From contig CBDBBO010000002.1 of the NCBI GenBank assembly GCA_965203135.1, positions 641,529-705,528 on the forward strand: a stretch of 64,000 nt of DNA. Reading direction: 5' to 3'. Every line of letters begins with the position of its first letter. Position 1 is the stretch's first letter. The DNA is from Dehalococcoidia bacterium. GTDB taxonomy: Bacteria; Chloroflexota; Dehalococcoidia; Lucifugimonadales; CATOSD01. Made by a program: the position numbers and the translations under genes. Of the stretch, positions 26,060-35,283 are shown one piece after another. The notes beneath the pieces are model-generated. The model saw only the letters and a list, made by a program, of their open reading frames with translations, was not told the DNA's origin and made no database searches.

Positions 26060-28551
26060 CTCGCATAAAATGGAGTGTCGGCCGCCATTTTCCGGAACCG
26101 GCGCCCCAGCACCGCGTGTTCCTCCCGTTTCAACTCCGGGTCTTCGCCCAACAGCCTCTGGGCCTCGCGGCGTGCCAGCAGCAGCAGGCTTTGATCGCTT
26201 GGACGCGCAACTCGCAGGTTCGGCAGACCGCTTTGCCGCGTTCCCATGTAATCCCCCGCGCCCCTCAGCCGCAGGTCCTCCTCCGCCAGCACAAATCCGT
26301 CCTGTATGCGCTCCATCAGTCTGAGCCTCTCCCGCGCGTCCTCACCCGGCGCGTCAGCCAGCAGCAGACAGTAACCCCGGTGCTCGCCGCGACCCACACG
26401 CCCACGGAACTGATGAAGCTGCGCCAGGCCGAACCTGTCGGCTCCGTCTATCAGCATCACGGTGGCGTTGGGCACGTCGATACCCACCTCCACGACCGGA
26501 GTGGTTACCAGCACGTCATAACTGCCTCGCTGGAACTCCTCCAGCACCAACTCCTTCTCCCGCAGAGGCATGCGACCGTGCAACAGCCCCAGCCTCAGGT
26601 CGGGAAACACGGTCGATGATAGCCGTTCGTACTCCTCGACCGCGGCTCGCGACTGGATCGCCTCGGACTCCTCGACGAGGGGGCAGACCACGAACGCCTG
26701 CCTACCCTGGGCCACCTCCCGCCGAAGGCCCTCGTAGGCGGCCGGACGCTGTTCGGGGGGGACTAGCACCGTTCGCACCGGCTGGCGTCCCGGAGGCAGT
26801 TCGTCGATAATCGAAGTGTCGAGGTCTCCGTAGACCGTCAGTGAGAGCGACCGAGGTATCGGAGTGGCCGACATGGCGAGCACGTGCGGGCGGGCGCCCT
26901 TGCCGCGCAGTGCGGACCTCTGCATCACCCCAAAGCGGTGCTGTTCATCTACCACTGCAACGGCCAGGCGCGGCATGTCCACCGTGTCCTGGATGAGGGC
27001 CTGGGTCCCGATCACGACGTCCACTTCGGCTGCCGCGATCCGCTCGTGAAGCTCGTCCTTTACGCGCTTTCGCATACTCCCCAGCAGCAGCGCCACCACG
27101 ACTGGGCGTCCAAGCGACGGCATCTCCAGGCTGACGTAGCTTTCGTCCAACGTCGGTACTTCGCGCCCTCCAGACAACATTCGAGTCACGCTCAGGTAGT
27201 GCTGCTCGGACAGTACCTCCGTCGGCGCCATCAGCGCCCCCTGGTAGCCGTCGAACACCGCTGCCAGCATCGCCGCCGCCGCTACCACCGTCTTGCCGCT
27301 GCCAACGTCGCCCTGGAGCAGCCTGCTCATGGGCCTGCTTTCGCGCAGGTCGGCCAAGATCTCCTCCAGCGCCTTCGCCTGCCCGCCTGTCAACCTGAAT
27401 GGGAGGGACTCGACGAACGACGACAGCCTAACCAGGTCCGCCGACAGGGGGACACCGTCGGCCTCGCGCCAGCGAATCCGGCGCGACAGAACCGCTAGCT
27501 GCATCACGAACAGCTCGTCGAACGCCAGCCTGCTCCGCGCGGTCGCGTAGTGCTGCGCGCTATCCGGATAGTGCATCTGCAAGATAGCCTCGCGCACCCC
27601 CACGAAACCGAGTCTCTCCAACATCTCCGGCGGCATCGGCTCCTCGACCTTGTCGAGCGCCGTATCTAGCACCTCCCGCGCCATTCTCCTGGCCGTGCGC
27701 TGGGGAAGGCCCCTGGTGAGCGGATAGACTGGCACGAGCCGCCCGACGTGCATCAGATCGTTTCCCTCGTTTACGAGGTCGTAGTCGGGGTTTTCGAATC
27801 GCGGTCGGCCATTGAAGGTGCCCACCCTTCCACTCAACGCGATTTTCGTCTCCGGTCTGAGGACCTTCACCAGCCACGGGCTGTTGAACCATACTGCGTG
27901 AAGGTTGCCCGTATCGTCGCCCAGCACCGCCTGAGTTGACTTGCGGCGCGGGTCTCGCCCGCTGATGAGCCTGGCCTCCCACACGGTCACGACTGTCGTC
28001 TGCTCCTCGCCCGGCACCAGTTCGTTCACCTTGCGTATGTTCGCATAGTCCAGGTGACGCAGCGGGAATTGGTGTAAGAGGTCCTCGATAGTCGAGATTC
28101 CGAGCTTCTCCAGTTTCGGCATATGAGACCTGTTCACGCTGCGCAGGCGGGACACGCTGTCGGACAGCGTAACCTTTACCGGAGGGGGCGGCGGGCGGGG
28201 ACGGCGAGGGCGAGCCGGCGCGGCGCGGACAGACTCAGGGCGAGCACGGGATACGGTAGTCGAATGGATCGCAGCTTGTGCGGCAACGCGTGGAACAGGA
28301 CCGACCGATGGCGGGGACTTGGGGATGCGCCTCATCACTCCCTTGGCCCACGTGCGGCGCTCAGCCGGCGTCATCTCGGCGTAGTCTGGAATGCCGGTCA
28401 CTGCCGGTGCCAGCTCGTCGAGCGCCAACTCGATGAACTTGTCCAGGCCGCCGTCAACAACCACCTTGTCGGCGAATCCCCCCTTCGCCTCGAGGTGCAG
28501 GATGTTCGCCAAGGTCTCCAGCTTGGTGCGGCCGCCGGACCACGTATCCAT
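26056..28551 (-). CDS. recG: ATP-dependent DNA helicase RecG (with ~150-aa N-terminal extension)
   Basis: Wedge domain plus helicase motifs: LLQGDVGSGKT, DEQHRFGV, MSATPIPRSL, QLHQFRGRVGRG. Confidence 0.9.
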   Translation of the reverse strand: MDTWSGGRTKLETLANILHLEAKGGFADKVVVDGGLDKFIELALDELAPAVTGIPDYAEMTPAERRTWAKGVMRRIPKSPPSVGPVPRVAAQAAIHSTTVSRARPESVRAAPARPRRPRPPPPPVKVTLSDSVSRLRSVNRSHMPKLEKLGISTIEDLLHQFPLRHLDYANIRKVNELVPGEEQTTVVTVWEARLISGRDPRRKSTQAVLGDDTGNLHAVWFNSPWLVKVLRPETKIALSGRVGTFNGRPRFENPDYDLVNEGNDLMHVGRLVPVYPLTRGLPQRTARRMAREVLDTALDKVEEPMPPEMLERLGFVGVREAILQMHYPDSAQHYATARSRLAFDELFVMQLAVLSRRIRWREADGVPLSADLVRLSSFVESLPFRLTGGQAKALEEILADLRESRPMSRLLQGDVGSGKTVVAAAAMLAAVFDGYQGALMAPTEVLSEQHYLSVTRMLSGGREVPTLDESYVSLEMPSLGRPVVVALLLGSMRKRVKDELHERIAAAEVDVVIGTQALIQDTVDMPRLAVAVVDEQHRFGVMQRSALRGKGARPHVLAMSATPIPRSLSLTVYGDLDTSIIDELPPGRQPVRTVLVPPEQRPAAYEGLRREVAQGRQAFVVCPLVEESEAIQSRAAVEEYERLSSTVFPDLRLGLLHGRMPLREKELVLEEFQRGSYDVLVTTPVVEVGIDVPNATVMLIDGADRFGLAQLHQFRGRVGRGEHRGYCLLLADAPGEDARERLRLMERIQDGFVLAEEDLRLRGAGDYMGTRQSGLPNLRVARPSDQSLLLLARREAQRLLGEDPELKREEHAVLGRRFRKMAADTPFYAS

Positions 28552-28597
28552 CGGATTCGACAGTGGAGGCCGCCTTTGGCGGCCGAAAGCGGCGTCC

Positions 28598-29449
28598 CTA
28601 GCGCTGCGCGGTCAGCAGGGCGAGGCCCACGGCATTCGGACCGACGTAGGTGCCGAGCACGGGCCCCATCCTGGCCATGATCGTATTCTTGCCTTCAGGC
28701 AGCGCATCGTCCAGCGCCTGGACCAGCCCCGACAGCCCCGAGTCGCTGGTGGTGTACATCACGCTCGCCTCTTCCAGCGGCGCCTGCTGACGGGCAAACT
28801 CCTGCATCGCAGCCAGTCCCCTGGCGCGGGTCCTTTCCTTGCCGAACTCGTGCACCACGCCGTCCTGCACCGTGATGATCGGCTTCACCTTGAGAAGCGT
28901 GCCCACCATCGCCCTCGCGCGACCGATTCGGCCGCCCTTCTGCAGATACTCGAGCGTGTCCAGCAGGCCCAGCAACCGCGAACGCGTAAGCGCGTCGTTC
29001 GCCGCGTCGACCACCCTGGACATGTCCCCCCCGGACATCGCGGCCCGACCGGCAGCCAGCACCACAAGGCCCTGACCCATCGACGCCTGCATCGAGTCGA
29101 TAATCTCGATCGGGCACGTGGCGGCAGTCTGCTCCTTCGCCTGCACTGCTGAGTTGTACGTGCCGCTGACCTGAGAGGATACCGTTACGCAGACGATACC
29201 ATCGGCGTCCAGTCCGGCGTTGTCAAAAGCCTGGACGAAATCTCCAACAGAGGGCTGGGAAGTGGTGGGAAGCGCCGGACTGTTGGCAAGGCGCTCGAAG
29301 AACTCGTCCGTGGTAATGTCCACGCCGTCGGAAAACTGCTCCGTGCCGAACAGCACCTTGGCGGGAACGATCGAAATGTCGAGATCCGCGGCGAGCGCGG
29401 GGGGCAGGTCGCTGACGCTGTCGGTGACAACTCTTACAGCCAAGATCAC
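28598..29449 (-). CDS. DegV family (fatty-acid-binding) protein
   Basis: VVTDSVSDLP, TTSQPSVGDF, VTVSSQVSGTYNSA. Conserved position after yloV. Confidence 0.8.
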   Translation of the reverse strand: MILAVRVVTDSVSDLPPALAADLDISIVPAKVLFGTEQFSDGVDITTDEFFERLANSPALPTTSQPSVGDFVQAFDNAGLDADGIVCVTVSSQVSGTYNSAVQAKEQTAATCPIEIIDSMQASMGQGLVVLAAGRAAMSGGDMSRVVDAANDALTRSRLLGLLDTLEYLQKGGRIGRARAMVGTLLKVKPIITVQDGVVHEFGKERTRARGLAAMQEFARQQAPLEEASVMYTTSDSGLSGLVQALDDALPEGKNTIMARMGPVLGTYVGPNAVGLALLTAQR

Positions 29450-29491
29450 TCCTTTTGTGGCGGGAATCGACCGCCAACCCTGGGGGCGGCG

Positions 29492-31150
29492 CTACTCTAT
29501 CGAGACGACGTAGTGGTAATAGGGCTGTCCGCCGTCGACTATCTCTACTTCCGCGCCCGGAATCGCCCCTTCAACGGCGGTGGCGGCCTGCTCGGCTTCA
29601 CCATCAGCCGTAGGCTCGCCGTAGTAGAGTGTGACCAAGTGGCCCTCCTCGACCTCTGCCCTTTCGAGCAGCGCGATTAGCACGTCCCCGGGCGCGTCGC
29701 CGGCGGCGACCAGCTCGCGGTCCAGAATGCCGATCACCTGGCCCTCTTCGACGGCGACGCCGTTCAACTCTACCTGCCGCACGGCCAGGCACACCTCGCC
29801 GGTGCGAACATTCGAGAGAGCCTGTTCCATGTCAACGGCGCTCTCGTCTGTCGACTTGTGCGGATTGAACTCAAGCATGGCCGCCACGCCTTGGGGTATG
29901 GACGTGGAAGGCACGACGTGCATGCTCTTTTCCGTAATGTCCACGGCCTGCCGAGCGGCCTGCACTATATTGGCGTTGTTCGGCAGGAATATGACGCTGT
30001 GGGACGGCGCCGCATCTACAGCCTCCAGTATCTCGCCCACGCTGGGATTCATCGTGTCGCCGCCCGCGAGTATGCCGGCCGCGCCGATGCTCCTGAACAC
30101 GGCCTCTATGCCCTCACCCCGTGCCACGACCACGATGGATGCCGGAGCGTCCGACACAAGAGGCGCGGCCTGTCCGCGCCTGTCGGCGTAGAACTCGCGG
30201 TGCTGCTCATCCATGCTCTCGATCTTCACCTGGCTGAGCGTTCCAATCGAAACGGCGAAGCTGATCACCGGCCCCGGGTCTTCGGCGTGAACGTGCACCT
30301 TCAGCGCCGCCGCGTCCCCTATCACCACGGCGGACCGCGCCATCTCGTTCATTCGCTCCCGCACGCCGTCCGAGTCCAGGCCCTCTCCTTCGATGAGAAG
30401 CTGTGTACAGTAGCCGAACTCCTCTTCCTCCACGGCCTCGAGGAATTCATCGGACACGGTCCCCGCGTCCTCCCCGACTCCTATGGCCTCTGGAGGCGGC
30501 AACTCCTCCTCTGCGGGGGTCTCTCGCGCGGCCCAAGTGCGCAGCCCCTCGAGAATGACTAGGATTCCGTGTCCGCCCGCGTCCACCACTCCAGCCTGGC
30601 GCAACACCGGCAGCATGGTGGGAGTCAGCGCCACGGCGCGGCGGGCGGCTTCGCTCACCGGCGCGAGCAGGGCGGCCATATTCGGCGAGTCCCCGGCCTC
30701 GAGAGCGGCGTCGGCGGTGTAGCGCAGCACCGTCAGCATAGTGCCCTCGCGCGGCTGCCCGACCGCCCTGTAGGCGAAGTCGCGAGCGAGTCGCAGAGCG
30801 TGGGCGAACTCTGCCGGGCCAAAGTCATCGGCGTCCTCCAGCCCCGCGGAGAGTCCTTTGAAGAACTGCGACAGTATCACGCCACTATTGCCCTTCGCGC
30901 CCCAGAGAGCGCCTCGGGCCATCGAAGCGGCAACCTCTCGCGCCGAAACACTCTCATCCTCGGCCGCCTGCGAAAGGGTGTCGGCCAGCGTGAGGTACAT
31001 GTTGGTGCCGGTGTCGCCGTCGGGAACGGGGAACACGTTCAGCCTGTTGAGCAAGTCGACGTTATGCCGGAACACCTCGGCGGCGGCGGCGAACATCGCG
31101 CGCAGATCCCCGCCGTCGCAGCGTGTGGTGGTGCCAAGGTGTTGAGTCAT
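29492..31150 (-). CDS. DAK2 domain fusion protein (YloV-like)
   Basis: N-terminal Dak2 domain (NVFPVPDGDTGTNM) and a C-terminal DegV-like/YloV domain. Divergent from rpmB, as in many monoderm genomes. Confidence 0.8.
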   Translation of the reverse strand: MTQHLGTTTRCDGGDLRAMFAAAAEVFRHNVDLLNRLNVFPVPDGDTGTNMYLTLADTLSQAAEDESVSAREVAASMARGALWGAKGNSGVILSQFFKGLSAGLEDADDFGPAEFAHALRLARDFAYRAVGQPREGTMLTVLRYTADAALEAGDSPNMAALLAPVSEAARRAVALTPTMLPVLRQAGVVDAGGHGILVILEGLRTWAARETPAEEELPPPEAIGVGEDAGTVSDEFLEAVEEEEFGYCTQLLIEGEGLDSDGVRERMNEMARSAVVIGDAAALKVHVHAEDPGPVISFAVSIGTLSQVKIESMDEQHREFYADRRGQAAPLVSDAPASIVVVARGEGIEAVFRSIGAAGILAGGDTMNPSVGEILEAVDAAPSHSVIFLPNNANIVQAARQAVDITEKSMHVVPSTSIPQGVAAMLEFNPHKSTDESAVDMEQALSNVRTGEVCLAVRQVELNGVAVEEGQVIGILDRELVAAGDAPGDVLIALLERAEVEEGHLVTLYYGEPTADGEAEQAATAVEGAIPGAEVEIVDGGQPYYHYVVSIE

Positions 31151-31224
31151 TTATTGGCCTGTATCTGGACGCTGATGCCCTTGGTTTCAAGCGGCGACAG
31201 CCGATTGGGGGCACTCCTGCCGAA

Positions 31225-31253
31225 TTGCCGAAAGCCATCGGCTGTGCTAGAGT
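31225..31253 (+). promoter_or_regulatory. sigma70-like promoter of rpmB
   Basis: TTGCCG (31225..31230), 17 nt ending in TGC, TAGAGT (31248..31253). Confidence 0.35.
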
Positions 31254-31325
31254 TTATGGGCGGCACTAGTGGCCGTGAATCACCCCAATACTAATTGAAC
31301 ACCCATTGAGTGTCAAAGGTGAATT

Positions 31326-31517
31326 ATGGCAAGGTGTGAGGTCTGCAACAAGTCCGGTCAGTCCGGAAACAACGTCAGCCACTCGAAGCGGCGCACGCGC
31401 ACGCGCTGGATGGCTAACGTTCAGAGGGCCACGATCAGAATCGAAGGCCAGCCTCGCCGCGTTAAGATCTGCACCCGCTGCCTCAGGAGCCACTACAAGG
31501 TAGCCGCCCGCGGCTAG
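31326..31517 (+). CDS. rpmB: 50S ribosomal protein L28
   Basis: MARCEVCNKSGQSGNNVSHSKRRTRTRWMANVQ..., 63 aa. Confidence 0.9.
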   Translation: MARCEVCNKSGQSGNNVSHSKRRTRTRWMANVQRATIRIEGQPRRVKICTRCLRSHYKVAARG

Positions 31518-31564
31518 GCCGTTGCGCTACACGGCGCGTTTCGTCCCCCCAAACCCGACCTAAG

Positions 31565-32792
31565 GGCAACTCTGAACAAGTCTTTGTCGAGCGCGTGATT
31601 AACGTTGGTGGCATAATGGGAGTCGAGCAAGCCAGATGGAGTGGAGGGCACGATGGCCGACCAGCCCACCTTCGCCGAGCTCGACTACGAGCATAAGCGG
31701 CACAAGACTCGCAGGGAGAGGTTTCTCGAGCAGCTCGATTCGCTTGTGCCCTGGAAGCGTCTGGAAGAGCGCATCGAGCCACACTACCCCAAAGCCGGCA
31801 ATGGACGCAGGCCCTACCCGTTGTCGGCGATGCTGCGGGTTCACGTGGTGCAAGTCGTCTACAATCTGAGCGACCCGGCGATGGAAGACCTGTTGTACGA
31901 GGCGGAGTCTGTGCGGCGGTTCACGGGCCTGAGGCTGTCGGAGCCTATACCGGACGAGAGCACCATTCTGCACTTTCGCCATCTGTTGGAGAACCAAAAG
32001 TTGGGGCAGGGGCTGTTCGAGGAGATCAGAGGCTATCTGGCGCAACAGGGCGTGATGCTGAAGCAGGGAACCATCGTAGACGCCACCATCATAGATGCGC
32101 CGTCGTCTACCAGGAACAAGGCGAAGAAGCGCGACCCTGAGATGAGTCAGGTGAAGAAGGGCCGGCAGTACTATTTCGGCATGAAGCTACATATAGGAGT
32201 GGACGCTGAGAGCGGGCTTGTGCACAGCATGGCGACGACCCCGGCGAACATGCACGACGTGACCCAAGCTCACGAGTTGTTGCACGGTGAGGAGCGTGCG
32301 GTGTGGGGGGATTCCGGGTACGTAGGTGTGGACAAACGTGAGGAGAATAGGGAGTTCGACGTGGAGTGGTACGTGGCGATGAGGGCGGGGCAGCGGCGGA
32401 AGTTGGAGCCTGGGAGTGCTGTGGCGATAGCTGAGAGAGTGAAGTCGTCGATTCGAGCCAAGGTGGAGCACCCCTTCTGGGGTGTAAAGGGCATGTTCGG
32501 CTACGCGAAGGTACGGTATCGGGGTCTGGCCAAGAACACCGAACGGCTCGCGGTGCTGGTGGGGCTGTACAATCTGAAGCGGGCCCAGGGTCGGCTAGCC
32601 GGGTGAGCCGAACGTCTGGGGCGAAGTGCGCCCAGGATCAGCCTCTGCCCCGGATCCATGGGCCGCAGGTAGCGAAACAGCCTCAAGGCCACCCCGGACA
32701 GGCGCCCAAGCTACGAAAAACCTGTCGCAAACGTCCTCTCAGAATCCCACACACCAACAGTCGCCCACGACAAAGATTTGTTCAGAGTTGCC
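31565..32792 (+). mobile_element. IS5-family (IS5 group) insertion sequence, ~1.23 kb
   Basis: About 27-bp IRs: GGCAACTCTGAACAAGTCTTTGTCG (31565...) and CGACAAAGATTTGTTCAGAGTTGCC (...32792). Flanking direct repeat CTAAG at 31560..31564 and 32793..32797. Confidence 0.85.
31653..32606 (+). CDS. IS5 family transposase
   Basis: MADQPTFAELDYEHKRHKTRRERFLEQLDSLVPW, LRVHVVQVVYNLSDPAMED, DATIIDAPSSTRN, GDSGY, SIRAKVEHPFWGVK. Confidence 0.9.
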   Translation: MADQPTFAELDYEHKRHKTRRERFLEQLDSLVPWKRLEERIEPHYPKAGNGRRPYPLSAMLRVHVVQVVYNLSDPAMEDLLYEAESVRRFTGLRLSEPIPDESTILHFRHLLENQKLGQGLFEEIRGYLAQQGVMLKQGTIVDATIIDAPSSTRNKAKKRDPEMSQVKKGRQYYFGMKLHIGVDAESGLVHSMATTPANMHDVTQAHELLHGEERAVWGDSGYVGVDKREENREFDVEWYVAMRAGQRRKLEPGSAVAIAERVKSSIRAKVEHPFWGVKGMFGYAKVRYRGLAKNTERLAVLVGLYNLKRAQGRLAG

Positions 32793-32800
32793 CTAAGAGC

Positions 32801-33277
32801 CTATCCTAAAAACCCGGCGGCTCTGAGAGCAATCAGGGCGCAGGCGAAATGAAGGAAGGCGATGTAGTTGTGTGGAGACTTGTCCCAGCGCACCAGAATG
32901 CGCCGGAAACGGTTCAGCCAACCGTGAGTGCGTTCCACCACCCAGCGCCGAGCCTTGAACCCGGCCTCCCGCTCGATGGCCTTCGCCTCCTCCCCGCGAC
33001 CGCGGATGTGGGCGGTGAAGCCGAACTCTTCCAACGTGCGGCGAACCTCGTCGAAGTCGTAACCTTTGTCCAGGCACATTCCCTGGGGTTGATCGGGGCT
33101 GGGCGCCGGTCGTGGCGCCGCCACGCTTTCCACCGTGGCCCGCACCAGCTTCATATCGTGGCGGTTGGCCCCATCCACTGCCAGCCCCACCGGGATGCCC
33201 TGGGCTTCGGTCAACAGACTGCGCTTGACGCCCCGCTTACCTCGGTCGGTGGGGTTTGCGCCGGTTTTTTTCCCCAC
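32801..33277 (-). CDS. IS1031-like transposase OrfB (DDE part), +1 frame relative to OrfA
   Basis: GKKTGANPTDRGKRGVKRSLL...VDGANRHDMKL...CLDKGYD...ARRWVVERTHGWLNRFRRILVRWDK. Frame arithmetic: OrfA codon starts are congruent to 2 mod 3 and OrfB to 1 mod 3 on the minus strand, so OrfB is +1. Confidence 0.85.
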   Translation of the reverse strand: MGKKTGANPTDRGKRGVKRSLLTEAQGIPVGLAVDGANRHDMKLVRATVESVAAPRPAPSPDQPQGMCLDKGYDFDEVRRTLEEFGFTAHIRGRGEEAKAIEREAGFKARRWVVERTHGWLNRFRRILVRWDKSPHNYIAFLHFACALIALRAAGFLG

Positions 33278-33689
33278 CCAGGGGCGATTTGGTCATGGCG
33301 CCGTCCATACTCAGCCGACTCCAGTCCAACCCCTTCAGTTCGTCATAGCGTTCCAGCCCCTCTCGCCACAGATTCAGGAACACCCCGGCGGCAACCCATT
33401 CCTGAAAGCGCAGATGGGCCGTGGAGCCCGAACAGATACCCGTGGCGTCCAGGGCTTTCCACTGGCAGCCGGTGCGCAGCACGTAGAAGATGCCGTTGGC
33501 GCAGGTGCGGTCGGGAACCCGGGGCCGGCCGCCGCCCCGGGGATGGGTGTTCACCCGCTGTGGAATCAGGGGTTCCAGCACTTCCCAAAGTTCGTCGGAA
33601 ACCTGGAATCCGCCGGTGGTGGGATTGGTCTTGGTGGCCGGGCTGGCGCGTTCGGGGCGTGGCGGGTTGGCAGCTTTTGCTTTCGTCAT
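33237..33689 (-). CDS. IS1031-like transposase OrfA
   Basis: VSDELWEVLEPLIPQR...GGRPRVPDRTCANGIFYVLRTGCQWKAL...WREGLERYDELKGLDW...MDGAMTKSPLGG. Ends 28 nt after an A7 run (33271..33265 on the gene strand). Confidence 0.85.
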   Translation of the reverse strand: MTKAKAANPPRPERASPATKTNPTTGGFQVSDELWEVLEPLIPQRVNTHPRGGGRPRVPDRTCANGIFYVLRTGCQWKALDATGICSGSTAHLRFQEWVAAGVFLNLWREGLERYDELKGLDWSRLSMDGAMTKSPLGGEKNRRKPHRPR

Positions 33690-33729
33690 TAAACCAGTAT
33701 AGCCTGAATCGGGTTTTTAGGATAGGCTC

Positions 33730-33825
33730 GTAGTCTCGACACTGGTAACAGACGTCAAAACTAGGGTCTTTCGGCCTTCCGCATTCTGGGCACTCGTCTT
33801 GGAATCGCTGTTGGCGTCTATACAC
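33730..33825 (-). pseudogene. Small zinc-ribbon ORF truncated by IS insertion
   Basis: GTG start, MYRRQQRFQDECPECGRPKDPSFDVCYQCRDY (CxxC-N11-CxxC). The reading frame then runs directly into the IS terminal repeat. The 3' part is not identifiable. Confidence 0.3.
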
Positions 33826-34152
33826 TGTAGTGTTCCCTTTCCTGAAGTGGACTTGAGCACCATACGCAAACTGTTGACCTCAGTCTTGAGAGAGAGGCGG
33901 CCGGGTGCTGGAACTCTCCCTCAAGATTACTGAGCGCGTCTCAGCTTGAAGTCAGTTGTACCCTTTGGAAGTTGGTCGGTCGCCGTGGAGGGTAGTTTGA
34001 CTTGAGTTGAACGTGCTCTTTCAGAGTGGAATCATGCTGTCAAAGCCTACTACTTGGGCGACTCCGTGGAAGGAGAACGGGCCACCTCCGATGCCGGAGG
34101 CGGCCCGTCTTGGTTCGTAGTTCTTCGTGCCTTTGGTGGCTAATCCCGCAGG

Positions 34153-35163
34153 TTATAGGTTGAACTGCGGGTCCATGTAGTCCTTCTCCTTGGTGTAGAC
34201 CTGGAGCCGGTTGCGGATCGTCTCGCTGATGATCACGCGGTCCTCGGAGTCTACGAGGATGCTGACCGGGCGGGCGAAGCGGCCCACGGGGGTCATGTCC
34301 TTGAGCCTGCGGTACGCCTTGACGACGTCCGGGTTGGCCTCGACGACCTCGCGTGCCCAGTTGGACCACTCGAGCGCGTCGCCGTAGAGGGCGGTTATGA
34401 TATCGCCCTCGGGTTCGTAGATCTGCACGCGGTTGTTGCCGAAGTCGACCACGTAGACGTCGCCCTCGCTGTCAACCGCCACATCGGACGGGTGGCTGAG
34501 ATCCGCGCCGGTTTCCTCCGAACCGCCGAAGGTGAGCAGGTGCTCGCCGTCCGCGGAGAACTTCTGCACTCGGTCGTTGCCGAAGTCGGCGACGTAGACT
34601 GAGCCGTCACCGTCGATGGTGATGCCCCAGGGCCGCCTGAACTGGCCCTCCTCGCTTCCGGATTCGCCGAAGGAGGACAGGTACTTACCGTCCTTGGAGT
34701 ATTTCTGCACGCGGTCGTTGCGGCTGTCGACCACGACCAGGTTGCCGTCGGCATCGAACTGGATGCCCGCCGGTGAGAGGAACTGGCCCTCGCCGGAGCC
34801 CGCTTCGCCCCACTGACCGACGCGCTGTCCGTCAGAGTCGTAGATAAGAATGAGGTTGTCGTACTCGTCAGAGCAGTAGACCTGGCCGTCGCCGTCCACC
34901 GCGAGGCCCACCGGCCACATGAAGTCCTTCTTGGCGAAGTCGCCGATGAACTCCTGGTCTAGGGTCACAAGGCCGATGCGCTTGTTCTCGCCGAGCTGGA
35001 CGCCCTGTCCGACGCGCTCCGTGCCCCTGTTGAGCACGTATATGGAGCCGTCCGGAGCGAAGGCCATATCGTAGGGGTTCGCGAATCCGGCGCCTGCGGC
35101 GGCGCCCCGGCCTATCGCGTGGCTGAAGCTCCAGGTGCGGCCGGCCACCGTAGTAGTAAGCAT
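34153..35163 (-). CDS. NHL repeat-containing beta-propeller protein
   Basis: Six repeats of the type GSGEGQFLSPAGIQFDADGNLVVVDSRNDRVQKY. No signal peptide. Confidence 0.8.
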   Translation of the reverse strand: MLTTTVAGRTWSFSHAIGRGAAAGAGFANPYDMAFAPDGSIYVLNRGTERVGQGVQLGENKRIGLVTLDQEFIGDFAKKDFMWPVGLAVDGDGQVYCSDEYDNLILIYDSDGQRVGQWGEAGSGEGQFLSPAGIQFDADGNLVVVDSRNDRVQKYSKDGKYLSSFGESGSEEGQFRRPWGITIDGDGSVYVADFGNDRVQKFSADGEHLLTFGGSEETGADLSHPSDVAVDSEGDVYVVDFGNNRVQIYEPEGDIITALYGDALEWSNWAREVVEANPDVVKAYRRLKDMTPVGRFARPVSILVDSEDRVIISETIRNRLQVYTKEKDYMDPQFNL

Positions 35164-35283
35164 GTCACGCCTCCTGAAACGCGCACCGCCCGCCGCGCGA
35201 CCTCAGCGGGCCACGCGGGGTGGGCATAAGCGGGAGCAGCGCCTGGAGTGTCGGCCGCTCCCGCCTGGTGCGATTGTTGCTGT

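Larger units (their letters stand above)
32797..33729 (-). mobile_element. IS5-family (IS1031/IS427-like) insertion sequence, copy 1, 933 bp
   Basis: IRs GAGCCTATCCTAAAAACCCG (32797...) and CGGGTTTTTAGGATAGGCTC (...33729). Two overlapping ORFs. Near-identical to 58424..59357. Confidence 0.85.

Noticed and set aside
34051-34137. Short plus-strand ORF MLSKPTTWATPWKENGPPPMPEAARLGS in the lower-GC gap 33830..34150 after the IS pair.
   Set aside because: It has no RBS and no recognisable motif, and it is too short. The region may be debris from the gene disrupted by the IS elements.
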